Shown here: in pieces, positions 39,237-48,800 of the stretch
Layout: each line of letters begins with the position of its first letter
How positions within the stretch are numbered: the stretch's first letter is position 1
Assembly (NCBI GenBank): GCA_963743775.1
Contig: CAVURA010000008.1
Span: 517,152 to 581,151, forward strand
Length of the DNA: 64,000 nt
DNA from: an uncultured Bacteroidales bacterium
GTDB lineage: Bacteria > Bacteroidota > Bacteroidia > Bacteroidales > VadinHA17
Direction of reading: 5' to 3'
Position numbers and translations under genes: made by a program
The notes under the pieces: model-generated
Told to the model about the DNA's origin: nothing
Database searches by the model: none
What the model saw: only the letters and a program-made list of their open reading frames with translations

Positions 39237-40532
39237 ATGGAACTGAACGAACTATATTCCCTGGTCCGCAATTCTGAAGGTATTGCAACAGATTCAAGAA
39301 CTGTCCGTGAGGGTCAGGTTTTCTTTGCCCTCAAAGGGCCTGCCCATGACGGTAACACTCATGCTGAAGCAGCTGTCCGTTCCGGCGCAACAGCAGCAGT
39401 TGTTGATGATCCTGCCCTCCAAGGAGAGAAATTAATTCTGGTGGATGATGTCCTTGTGACGCTCTCCCTGCTGGCAATGAGACACCGCAGGGGAATTACC
39501 GTTCCTGTCATTGCAATCACCGGATCAAACGGAAAGACAACTACAAAGGAGCTGATAACCGCCGTGCTGTCGAAGAAAAAAAGAGTGCACAGCACGACAG
39601 GCAACTTTAATAATCATATCGGAGTTCCTCTTACACTCCTCAGCTCGCCTCATGACATGGGCTATATGGTTGTTGAAATGGGAGCCAACCATAAGGGAGA
39701 AATAGCCGGCCTCTGCCAGATAGCCATGCCTACACACGGTATTATAACCAATATAGGCAGGGCACATATTGAGGGTTTCGGATCTTTTGAGGAAGTCAAG
39801 GCGGCCAAATCGGAGCTGTATCAATGGCTCAGCGGGAGCGGCGGCACAGTTGTCTATAATGATAATAACCGCATGCTGAAAGAGCTTGTTTCCAAAACGG
39901 TGCAAAACTCTGTTCCCTATTCGCGCCCGGCAGGCAGCAGACTGAAAGTTGAAATTGCAGAAACAGGCAGTATGTTCCTTGCCGTAAAAGTTTCATACGA
40001 AAAGCACGATTATGTTTTCAACACGAATCTTTTCGGGTCTTACAATATTGATAACGTGACGGCCGCCATTGCAACCGGTCTCTGCTTCGGTGTCCCTGTA
40101 AATGACATCACAGCTGCCATATCATCATACAAACCTGTCAACAACAGGTCTCAGGTGGTCGATACCGGAAGGAATGTACTTATCTGTGATTCTTACAATG
40201 CCAATCCGTCAAGCATGGAAATGGCGGTGGCCTCATTCGCTTCATTGAAGGCTGACAGGAAGATGGTGATCCTCGGAGATATGCTTGAACTCGGGTCAGA
40301 AAGTCAACCGGGTCATGCTGCTGTAATAGATCAGTTGAAGAAGCTCGGGGATGTTGAAATAGTCCTTATCGGTCCGCGCTTCCGTGAGGTTGCAGGTGAT
40401 ATCCGGGCACGCCTGTTCGGATCTTCCGATGAGATACGAGAATGGCTCAGCTCAAACCGCCCGGAGGGTTATACAATACTCGTTAAAGGTTCAAGGGGTA
40501 TGACGCTGGAAAAGATCTATCCTTTACTCTGA
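39237..40532 (+). CDS. murF: UDP-N-acetylmuramoyl-tripeptide--D-alanyl-D-alanine ligase
   Basis: 431 aa. Motifs: ITGSNGKTTTKE (P-loop), the Mur ligase middle domain, and C-terminal ILGDMLELG...LVKGSRGM. Confidence 0.9.
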   Translation: MELNELYSLVRNSEGIATDSRTVREGQVFFALKGPAHDGNTHAEAAVRSGATAAVVDDPALQGEKLILVDDVLVTLSLLAMRHRRGITVPVIAITGSNGKTTTKELITAVLSKKKRVHSTTGNFNNHIGVPLTLLSSPHDMGYMVVEMGANHKGEIAGLCQIAMPTHGIITNIGRAHIEGFGSFEEVKAAKSELYQWLSGSGGTVVYNDNNRMLKELVSKTVQNSVPYSRPAGSRLKVEIAETGSMFLAVKVSYEKHDYVFNTNLFGSYNIDNVTAAIATGLCFGVPVNDITAAISSYKPVNNRSQVVDTGRNVLICDSYNANPSSMEMAVASFASLKADRKMVILGDMLELGSESQPGHAAVIDQLKKLGDVEIVLIGPRFREVAGDIRARLFGSSDEIREWLSSNRPEGYTILVKGSRGMTLEKIYPLL

Positions 40533-41690
40533 TCTGCCAGTAAGGTTGATCACCACTATCTCAGGCCGTGTTCCTATACGCATCCGCGGGCCCCAGATCC
40601 CAAATCCCGACGAGACTATTGCATGTGTTTTGCCGAACATGGCATAACCATGATCCAGTTCGAACATTTTTGCAGTGATATAAGTCAGCGGCCAGATCTG
40701 ACCGTGATGTGTGTGGCCCGAAAGCGAAAGATCGACAGGTGTTGCTGCAAGATCCGACAGTCCGTATGGCTGGTGATCAAGCAGAATCACCGGCCTGGCA
40801 GGATCCGTCTTAGCCAGCAGGCTGTCAAGCGGTACACGGCCGTTCGTGGAGCCCTGATTGGCTGATCTGTCGAGCCTGCCGATTATCTGTACGCCGTCAG
40901 GGAGTGTCACTACCTCATCCTTAAGAACCCGGATGCCTTTGCTCTCTATATATGGGACAGTCTTTTTAATATCACCGATATACTCATGGTTTCCAGTTAT
41001 GGCGTACTTGCCGTATGGGAGGTAAGGCAGAGTGAGGTAGGAGAGAAGGTCTCCGCGCAGGACCGGCCCTATGCTTCCGTCAATCAGGTCACCCAGGAAA
41101 AGAACCAGGTCAGGCTTCTCATCCCTTATCATCTCTGACAGATGTCTCATGCTCCTCTTCCTGATTACGCTGCCGAGATGTATGTCTGACACGGCAACTA
41201 TCCGCAATGGTCCGTCACCGCCAATGAGGCTCTTGTCAATCGTGAGATCATACCTCTTTTTTATAGGACTTACAGCCGTTATAAATCCAACCACTATCAG
41301 GATTACAGTAGTGACAGTGATACCTGTAAAGAGCCAAAATCTTAGTTTTGGCATGCTGGCGTCGGGTACAAGGTGAAACGGTTTCTGAACCAGAAGGAGT
41401 ATATCCGCCAAAAACCAGATAAGGCAGCCGTAAAGCATGAAGGCCATCCAGAATCCGCCAATTACATTAAGGATATCGGTAAAAACACTCGTGAATTTGT
41501 ATTCAAGAATTTTACCGGCAATAAAGGCTGTGGCGAGGATCACAAATATTATAGTGTAGGTTGTGATATGGTATCCGGCTCCCGCAAGTGCACGCTGACC
41601 CTTAATGTACAGGTACAGGTTAACCAGGAAATAGACTGTTAAGACTATTATGAAGAAAATTGCCATTTGCTGCCCTCTCTTTAATGCCAC
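40524..41690 (-). CDS. Membrane-anchored metallophosphoesterase (calcineurin-like, YkuE-like)
   Basis: 388 aa with about 5 N-terminal TM helices. Motifs: VSDIHLG, GDLIDG, GNHEY, GHTHHG. Confidence 0.75.
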   Translation of the reverse strand: MALKRGQQMAIFFIIVLTVYFLVNLYLYIKGQRALAGAGYHITTYTIIFVILATAFIAGKILEYKFTSVFTDILNVIGGFWMAFMLYGCLIWFLADILLLVQKPFHLVPDASMPKLRFWLFTGITVTTVILIVVGFITAVSPIKKRYDLTIDKSLIGGDGPLRIVAVSDIHLGSVIRKRSMRHLSEMIRDEKPDLVLFLGDLIDGSIGPVLRGDLLSYLTLPYLPYGKYAITGNHEYIGDIKKTVPYIESKGIRVLKDEVVTLPDGVQIIGRLDRSANQGSTNGRVPLDSLLAKTDPARPVILLDHQPYGLSDLAATPVDLSLSGHTHHGQIWPLTYITAKMFELDHGYAMFGKTHAIVSSGFGIWGPRMRIGTRPEIVVINLTGRSE

Positions 41691-42706
41691 TTCAGATCCG
41701 TGAAATTTCGTTTACCACGTATATAATACTCAAAAACGACTGATTTGTTCATCAACGTATGAGGAGAATTATACATGTCAGGGTGAGGAGCAAGTGCCCT
41801 GAATGTTTTTATCGATGTACGTGCCTTGTGAAAATCCCTGTGTGCCCGCACCACAGCACCGAAGGCTGCTCGGCCGGACCGGAATAGAAGCATGACGGCA
41901 GCGGACCCGTCGAGCACCTGTCGCATGAATATGGTCCGGTGCAGATGCCTTGAGGGGAGGTTCTTTGCAAGCATCATGAGGCTGTTACGGAAATTATAGT
42001 ATATTTTGTCTGGTGAATCATAGCTCAGGGTTCCGCCGCCAACATGCCATATTACCGCCTCGGGTACATAACAGATGATGAAACCGGCATTCTGCATTCT
42101 CCAGCACAGATCGATCTCCTCCATGTGAAGAAAGAAGGCATCGTCAAAGCCGTCGCACTGGTCAAAGGCGGAAGCCCTCACCGCCATGCACGACCCTGAT
42201 GCCCAGAAGATCTCACGGTTATCGTTATACTGCCCCCGGTCTTCTTCAATGCTGTCGAAGAGACGCCCCCGGCAGAATGGGTAGCCATATCTGTCGATAA
42301 ACCCTCCGGCGGCACCGGCATATTCAAAAAACGAAGGCTTCTCAAATGCCCTGATCTTTGGCTGACATGCTCCCACACGCGGATGCATGTCCATAAAGGT
42401 CGTCAGCGTCTCAGACCATCCCTTTTCGACGCTCACGTCTGAGTTGAGGAGAATATAGTACTCTGCCTCGACCTCCCTGAGGGCTCTGTTGTAACCACCG
42501 GCATAGCCCCAGTTCCTTTCCAGTTTGATGACCCTGAGCCCGGGATGGTTGGCTGATAGCCAATCGACGGAATCGTCATCCGACCCGTTATCAGCAACAA
42601 TTACCTCAGTATCATTTGATACGGTATTGTCAATGACTCCGGGCAGGAATTTCTCGAGGAACTGCCGGCCGTTCCAGTTCAGGATGACAACAGCTGTCTT
42701 AATCAT
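41681..42706 (-). CDS. Glycosyltransferase family 2
   Basis: 341 aa. Motifs: AVVILNWNG, VADNGSDDDS, FLHMEEIDLCWR. It overlaps both neighbours (10 nt and 8 nt). Confidence 0.8.
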   Translation of the reverse strand: MIKTAVVILNWNGRQFLEKFLPGVIDNTVSNDTEVIVADNGSDDDSVDWLSANHPGLRVIKLERNWGYAGGYNRALREVEAEYYILLNSDVSVEKGWSETLTTFMDMHPRVGACQPKIRAFEKPSFFEYAGAAGGFIDRYGYPFCRGRLFDSIEEDRGQYNDNREIFWASGSCMAVRASAFDQCDGFDDAFFLHMEEIDLCWRMQNAGFIICYVPEAVIWHVGGGTLSYDSPDKIYYNFRNSLMMLAKNLPSRHLHRTIFMRQVLDGSAAVMLLFRSGRAAFGAVVRAHRDFHKARTSIKTFRALAPHPDMYNSPHTLMNKSVVFEYYIRGKRNFTDLKWH

Positions 42707-43583
42707 TTAAGAAAGGTTTTTTATATTTCCACCGCCGGTGAGACCACAGCCAGTAATCCGGTTTTTCCCTTATCACCGCCTCAAGCTTTTCTGCATACCG
42801 GGAAGTGACGAAACCGGGTGCCTCTTTCCCGGGTTGGTCTGTTATAAGCTCAAATGCAACCTCGTAATACCCTCGTTTTATTTTGGTAATATTCACAAAG
42901 ATCACCGGCATGTCATATTTTACGGCCAGTTTCTCTGCGCCTCTGAAGAAGCCTGTTTCCTGGTTGAGAAAAGTGGTCCAGTATGCATGCTCATCCGGCG
43001 GGGGCGTCTGGTCTGCAATGAAACCGGAAATAGTAAGGATCTTTTCATTCCTGAATTTTAACATATCCCTGAGAATGTTTTGCATTGGTGATGCCCATAC
43101 ACCGAATTTTGTTCTGAGGTTCAGGATAAAATGATCGAAATATTTGTTTGTCAATGGCTTATACGCCGTAAGTATTTTATATGGAATTGCCAGGGGCACC
43201 GCTGAAAACCACTCCCAGTTATTATAGTGACTAGTAAGTGCGATTAAGTTCTTTCCATCTTTGTACAGCCGGTCAACGCTGGACAGATCTCTGACGACTA
43301 ACCTTTGTGAAATCTGTTTTGGGCTCATATGTGTAGCCTTCAGTGTCTCGACTATCAGATCGCAAAGGTGTTTGTAAAATCCGCGTTCGATCTTTTTCCG
43401 TTCGGCTTCGCTCTTTTCCGGAAATGCATTTCTGAGATTTGCAGCTACCACCTTCCTGCGATAACCTGCCAGGTAATACAAAACAAGGTAGAACAGGTCC
43501 GAAAAGAGATAAAGTACCCGCAGGGGAAGCAGTGTAATGAGATAATTTATCCCGAAAAAGATATAGTAACCTATCGCTTTCAT
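42699..43583 (-). CDS. Lipid A biosynthesis (LpxL/HtrB-type) / lysophospholipid acyltransferase family protein
   Basis: 294 aa with an N-terminal TM segment. It has the SHYNNWEW motif (H-x4-E acyltransferase box) and the HtrB-like length and layout. Confidence 0.7.
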   Translation of the reverse strand: MKAIGYYIFFGINYLITLLPLRVLYLFSDLFYLVLYYLAGYRRKVVAANLRNAFPEKSEAERKKIERGFYKHLCDLIVETLKATHMSPKQISQRLVVRDLSSVDRLYKDGKNLIALTSHYNNWEWFSAVPLAIPYKILTAYKPLTNKYFDHFILNLRTKFGVWASPMQNILRDMLKFRNEKILTISGFIADQTPPPDEHAYWTTFLNQETGFFRGAEKLAVKYDMPVIFVNITKIKRGYYEVAFELITDQPGKEAPGFVTSRYAEKLEAVIREKPDYWLWSHRRWKYKKPFLND

Positions 43584-44887
43584 CAGATTCCTGTTTCAAT
43601 CAGCTCCCCTGTCATCGTGGCATCGTCACGCAGGGATAACAGTTTCACCCGCCTGACTGTTCCCGGAAGGTCCTTCCTGTAAGGTACCAGTGTCCTAATA
43701 TAGTTGCCTGTAAGTCCTGACAGCATGCCGTCGGCGCTTCGTTTTTCAAAAAGTACGTCATAAATATTGGCAGTGACAGACTGCATAAACTGAATGCGTT
43801 TCCTGCCTGAAAGCTTTATCAGTTGCCTGCTCCGGTGTTCCTTCTCAGAAGTTTTCACTTCCCCCGGCATGGTTGAGGCAGGGGTGCCCGGCCGGGGGGA
43901 AAAGGCAAACACATGAAGATATGAGAGAGGAAGGCTTTCCAGGAAACTGTAAGTCTCTTCAAAATCCTCAACGGTCTCACCGGGAAATCCCACAATCACA
44001 TCAGCTCCGATGGAAGCATCGGGAATAAGATTTCTGACCTTCATGACACGGTCACGGAATGTATCTCTGAGGTAACGCCGGCGCATGAGCCCGAGGATCT
44101 TGTCATTGCCGCTCTGCAGGGGCATGTGTATATGAGGCATCATAACAGCCTCAGAGTTTATCAGATCAATTATACTGTCTGTGAGAAGGTCGGGCTCAAT
44201 AGAAGAGAGCCTCAGCCGCTCCAACCCAACGATGTGCACCAGCGACGTAAGCAGGCTGTCAAGTGATTCGCCGGTGCTTTTTCCGAAGTCTCCAACATTG
44301 ACTCCGGTAAGAACTATCTCTTTAACGCCTGTGGCGACAATCTGTGTTGCCTCCTCAACTATCTCACTGATAAACGGGTTACGGCTCTTTCCTCTTGCCA
44401 GAGGCACGGTACAGTATGAACAACGGTAATCACACCCGTCCTGCACCTTCAGGAATGATCGTGTACGGTCACCCGCAGACCATGAGGAAATAAATCCTTC
44501 AGTGTCGATACTCTCACATGAATGAATCTCGGGCGCTGTTCCTTTACCGATTTTGTCTATGTAGGCTGCAATGTCAAATTTCTCATAGGTTCCCAGCACA
44601 AGGTCGACACCTTCAATAGAAGCCACCGCCTCAGGTTTCAGCTGTGCATAACAACCAACTACGGCAACAAACGCATCAGGATTTCTGTGGATTATCTTCC
44701 GGACTGCCTGACGGCATTTCCGGTCAGCTGTATCTGTAACGCTGCATGTGTTTATGATGAAAACATCGGCATCACTGTCAGGAGAAACTCTTTCATACCG
44801 CTCATCGGCAAATGATCGGGCAATGGTGGAGGTTTCCGCAAAATTAAGCTTGCATCCCAGCGTCTGAAACGCTACTTTCTTCTTCAA
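43583..44887 (-). CDS. mtaB: tRNA (t6A37) methylthiotransferase MtaB (radical SAM)
   Basis: 434 aa. Motifs: N-terminal FQTLGCKLNFAE and radical SAM CDYRCSYCTVP, followed by a TRAM-like C-terminus. The stop overlaps the next start (TGATG). Confidence 0.8.
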   Translation of the reverse strand: MKKKVAFQTLGCKLNFAETSTIARSFADERYERVSPDSDADVFIINTCSVTDTADRKCRQAVRKIIHRNPDAFVAVVGCYAQLKPEAVASIEGVDLVLGTYEKFDIAAYIDKIGKGTAPEIHSCESIDTEGFISSWSAGDRTRSFLKVQDGCDYRCSYCTVPLARGKSRNPFISEIVEEATQIVATGVKEIVLTGVNVGDFGKSTGESLDSLLTSLVHIVGLERLRLSSIEPDLLTDSIIDLINSEAVMMPHIHMPLQSGNDKILGLMRRRYLRDTFRDRVMKVRNLIPDASIGADVIVGFPGETVEDFEETYSFLESLPLSYLHVFAFSPRPGTPASTMPGEVKTSEKEHRSRQLIKLSGRKRIQFMQSVTANIYDVLFEKRSADGMLSGLTGNYIRTLVPYRKDLPGTVRRVKLLSLRDDATMTGELIETGI

Positions 44888-44934
44888 ATTTAGACTGTTA
44901 CTGTTCCGGCCGCTAAATTAGCAAAAAAGCCGGT

Positions 44935-46272
44935 CTAAAGCAGTCTGCTGGCCAGTTCTGCAAGAAAGCTTCTCTCACCCTTGACCAGATGGACATGAGT
45001 AAAAAGATCAAGTCCTTTCATTTTGTCAGAGAGGTAGCTCAGCCCGTTGGAGCCTGAGTCAAGATATGGGGAGTCTATCTGTTCAATGTCGCCGGTGAAT
45101 ATCATCTTTGTGCCTTCGCCCGCCCTGGTGATAATGGTTTTGACTTCGTGAGGGGTCAGGTTCTGTGCCTCGTCGACGATGAAGAAGATGTTTGAGAGGC
45201 TGCGTCCCCTGATGTATGCCAGGGGCGTGATAACGAGCTTTTCATCCTTGATCATATCATTGATTCGAATGAACTCCGGGCTCTGTGAACTGAAACGGTG
45301 TTTGATGACCGTCAGATTGTCAAAGAGAGGCTGCATATAAGGATCCATCTTTTCCTTCACATCCCCTGGAAGGAATCCCATGTCACGGTTTGCAAGCGGC
45401 ACAATGGGCCTTGCCAGAAAGATCTGCTTATACCTTTTATACTGATGGAGCGCAGCGGCCAGTGCAAGCAGTGTCTTACCAGTACCTGCCTTGCCGGTGA
45501 GCGAGACGAGTTGTACGTCGGGATTACACAGGGCATCAAGGGCAAAGGTCTGCTCTGCATTCCGCGGGTCGATGCCGTAAGTCGTTTGCTTCAGCACCCT
45601 GACAAGCATTTTGGTGACAGGATTGTAGTGAGCGAGTGCACTCGAATTGCTGTTGCGCAGAATGAAAAAATGATGACCGGGTTCCTGATCCTTAACTTTA
45701 AGCTCAGTTGCAGGTACACCCTCAGGCTGCTCATAAAGCTTGTTTATCAGACCGTGGTCAATATTTTCGATTGTCTTTATGCCCTTATATAGATCGTCAA
45801 GGTTGGCCACCTTGTCGTTTTGATAATCCTCTGCCAGTACGCCCAGCGACTTGGCCTTCATTCTCAGGTTGATATCCTTGGTGATCAGCACCACTACTTT
45901 GTCTTTGTTCTGCTGGGTGACAAAATCGGCAATAGCCAGGATACGGTGATCCGGTGTCCTCTCGGGAAAAGACTCCGATACGCGTTCAGAGAACTGTTTA
46001 CCTGTCTCAATATGAAGGGTGCCGAGGCTTTCACCCAGGGGTATGTTGCCGGTAAGCAACATGTCGCCCGATATCTTGTCAAGCTCACGGGTGAATTCGC
46101 GTGCATGAAAATTGATCATGTCATTACCGCGCTTGAACTTATCGAGCTCCTCAAGAACAACAATCGGGATGATTACATCATTCTCCTCGAAGTTGTAGAT
46201 GCATGTGTAATCATGCAGTAACACGTTGGTGTCCAGGATAAAAATCTTTTTTTGCTTTTTCTTTTTCGCCAT
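44935..46272 (-). CDS. PhoH-like ATPase with an N-terminal PIN domain (YlaK-like)
   Basis: The PIN domain is IFILDTNVLLHD...IPIVVLEELD and the Walker A is LTGKAGTGKT. The PhoH C-terminal motifs are FIVDEAQNLT and TGDIEQID. Start chosen at MAKKKKQKK (46272). Confidence 0.85.
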   Translation of the reverse strand: MAKKKKQKKIFILDTNVLLHDYTCIYNFEENDVIIPIVVLEELDKFKRGNDMINFHAREFTRELDKISGDMLLTGNIPLGESLGTLHIETGKQFSERVSESFPERTPDHRILAIADFVTQQNKDKVVVLITKDINLRMKAKSLGVLAEDYQNDKVANLDDLYKGIKTIENIDHGLINKLYEQPEGVPATELKVKDQEPGHHFFILRNSNSSALAHYNPVTKMLVRVLKQTTYGIDPRNAEQTFALDALCNPDVQLVSLTGKAGTGKTLLALAAALHQYKRYKQIFLARPIVPLANRDMGFLPGDVKEKMDPYMQPLFDNLTVIKHRFSSQSPEFIRINDMIKDEKLVITPLAYIRGRSLSNIFFIVDEAQNLTPHEVKTIITRAGEGTKMIFTGDIEQIDSPYLDSGSNGLSYLSDKMKGLDLFTHVHLVKGERSFLAELASRLL

Positions 46273-46400
46273 AACAGAATAGTTTTTAGTCGACAACAAT
46301 TCCGGCGCAACTGTCATCATGTGCACAAAGATAGCCGCTCACCCTGCTGTCAAAAGGCAGTTTTAGTAAATTTGCAAACAACGGACATAAGGTTATTAAC

Positions 46401-47692
46401 ATGACATACAAGGAAACCACGGATTATCTGTACAGTCTCCTGCCTGCCTATCACAGAATAGGAAAAGCAGCTTACAAGGGAGACCTGAACAATACGACAG
46501 AGCTCGACAGCTATTTCGGCCATCCGCATAAAAAGTTCCGTACCCTTCATGTGGCGGGCACCAACGGGAAGGGTTCCGTCTCTCACATGCTTGCATCAAT
46601 ATTGCAGGAAGCAGGATACCGGACAGGTCTGTATACATCGCCGCATCTCAGGGATTTCAGGGAACGGATAAGGCTGGACGGGGAGATGATCAGTGAGGAG
46701 GAGGTTATTTCTTTTGTTGAAAAACATGATGCTGATCATCAGAAGGATCGAACCTTCCTTCTTTGAGCTGACAGTGGCAATGGCTTTTGACTTCTTTGCC
46801 AGGATGGAAGCTGATGTCGTCGTTGTTGAGGTGGGTATGGGAGGAAGGCTTGATTCCACCAATATCATCACGCCTGAACTTTCCGTGATAACGAACATCG
46901 GGCATGATCACATGGAGTTTCTGGGCGATACGCTGGCGGCAGTTGCCGGAGAGAAAGCCGGCATCATAAAGGAGGGTGTGCCGGTGGTTATAGGTGAGAC
47001 ACAGCCTGAAACAGTGGATGTATTCGCGGCAAAAGCAGCTCAATTGAATGCTCTGGTGTCATATGCAGACCGGGAGTTCCTCTGCAGCCTTGGCAAAATG
47101 AATAATAGAAATGGTATCCGGGACTATATGCTGCAGGACCTCGTAGACCCGCATAACTACGCCGGGAACCACTCCGCTTGGCGGTCTTGCACAGCAGAAG
47201 AATATTCAGACTGTCGCTGCTTCTGTTAACATCATTTCGGTACCTTTTAATCTGACCCGTGATCATTTTGTAAATGGGGTAGCTAATGTCATCAACAACA
47301 CAGGACTGTTGGGGCGATGGCAGGTGCTTTCAGATTCTCCTCTCACTGTCTGCGACACGGGCCATAATCGTGAGGGGCTTGAATATGTCGTCAGACAGAT
47401 AAGTATAACACCCAAAAAGAAGCTTCACATGGTCATCGGCTTTGTGAACGACAAGGATCTGTCGCTGGTTCTGCCTCTTTTGCCGCGTGACGCCACATAT
47501 TATTTTACAAGGGCTTCAGTGCCCAGGGCGCTGGACGAGAAGGTGCTGAAAGCTGAGGCTGAGAAGTATGGAATATCAGGAAATAGCTACAAGACAGTGG
47601 CTGAGGCACTTGAGGCTGCCAGGACTTCTGCCGATACTGATGATATGATTTTTATCGGCGGATCAACTTTCGTTGTGGCGGAAGTTGTGTAG
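46401..47692 (+). pseudogene. folC: Folylpolyglutamate synthase/dihydrofolate synthase FolC, split by two frame breaks
   Basis: Three collinear frames: 46401-46766 (HVAGTNGKGSV P-loop), 46693-47229 (PSFFELTVAMAF...VEVGMGGRLDSTN...GHDHMEFLG), and a frame open from 47147 to 47692 (LGGLAQQKNIQT...CDTGHN...FIGGSTFVV). The first break is at the A5 run 46720-46724. The second lies within 47147-47175. Confidence 0.85.
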
Positions 47693-47867
47693 TCCGGACG
47701 TCCCTTCCAAAAAAAACTTGACTCGTATTCGGGTGAAATGTAAATTTGTTCTACTCAATAGATTATAGCATTATTATTAGACTTATGGAAAAACCCGAAA
47801 ATCCTCACAAGAGTAGGGAGTGTAAGCTGAAAAACTTAAGAGTAGGCACCTAAAAACCATTGTACCT

Positions 47868-48515
47868 ATGAAAAAAATCACATTTTTACTTGCAGCATTC
47901 TGTCTTATTGCTTCCAGTGCAATAGCACAACCAGCACAGTTGGCAAAAGGCAATATCATGCTAGGTGTCACATCGACTATGTCTTTGGGAGGTTGCTGGG
48001 GCTCAGACCTTGGGGGCTTCGGCTTTTCAACACACAAATACAACTATGGCACCACTACTGAAACAAGTTATAAAAAGACATCCTGGAATCTTCTGCCAAA
48101 GGCCGGATATTTTGTTATGGACAATCTCGTTGCTGGCCTTGAACTAATGGTAAGCGGTTATATGGAAAAAGATGTTGACGATGGTGACAAAGACGGTGAA
48201 TCGCAATTTGGCATCGGTCCATTTGTCAGATATTATTACCCCCTCAAAAAGGTGTATCCTTTTGCTGAGGTAGAAGCGATGTTTGGTTCATACAAGGAAA
48301 CATGGGCAGCGGATGTTTATAAAGAAGGCCTTGTTCTGTTTGGTGGTGGTATTGGAGTTGCTGTGCCGCTTGGGGACAAGATAACATTTGATGCAGTGGC
48401 CAGTTACTCTCATGTCTCATGGAAAGAAAAGGATGTGGTAGAGGGAGAGGCTTATACGTACATCTCAGGGGGTTTCGGAATAAAGCTGGGATTTTCCATA
48501 TACCTGCCGTTATAA
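47868..48515 (+). CDS. Small outer-membrane beta-barrel protein (OmpW/OmpA-beta-barrel-like)
   Basis: 215 aa with a signal peptide ending AIAQ. It has alternating hydrophobic strands and Gly-rich turns, and the C-terminus is GIKLGFSIYLPL. Confidence 0.6.
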   Translation: MKKITFLLAAFCLIASSAIAQPAQLAKGNIMLGVTSTMSLGGCWGSDLGGFGFSTHKYNYGTTTETSYKKTSWNLLPKAGYFVMDNLVAGLELMVSGYMEKDVDDGDKDGESQFGIGPFVRYYYPLKKVYPFAEVEAMFGSYKETWAADVYKEGLVLFGGGIGVAVPLGDKITFDAVASYSHVSWKEKDVVEGEAYTYISGGFGIKLGFSIYLPL

Positions 48516-48563
48516 TAACTACCCTCTCTCAGATTAATCTTACATATCACAGTTTTTATCAAG

Positions 48564-48602
48564 GTTCCGGATCTATCCTTAAGGTCCGGAACTGTTTTTT
48601 AT
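48564..48602 (+). terminator. Rho-independent terminator
   Basis: GTTCCGGA (48564-48571), a 13-nt loop, TCCGGAAC (48585-48592), then TGTTTTTTATT. Confidence 0.6.
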
Positions 48603-48800
48603 TGCAGGCATGGAGCAGGCTGGCGGTCCGCCGAATGACAGAGAGACAGTCCCACGAAACAAGGGGCATGCGGTGATTTTGAAAGACCGCACGAACGCAC
48701 GACAACATTACTTGCCGAACTTTCGCTTTCAGACTATAAGACTGTCAGATACTCAGACTTTCTGACTTTTTCCTTACCTTAATCCCAAAATTCCGATAAT

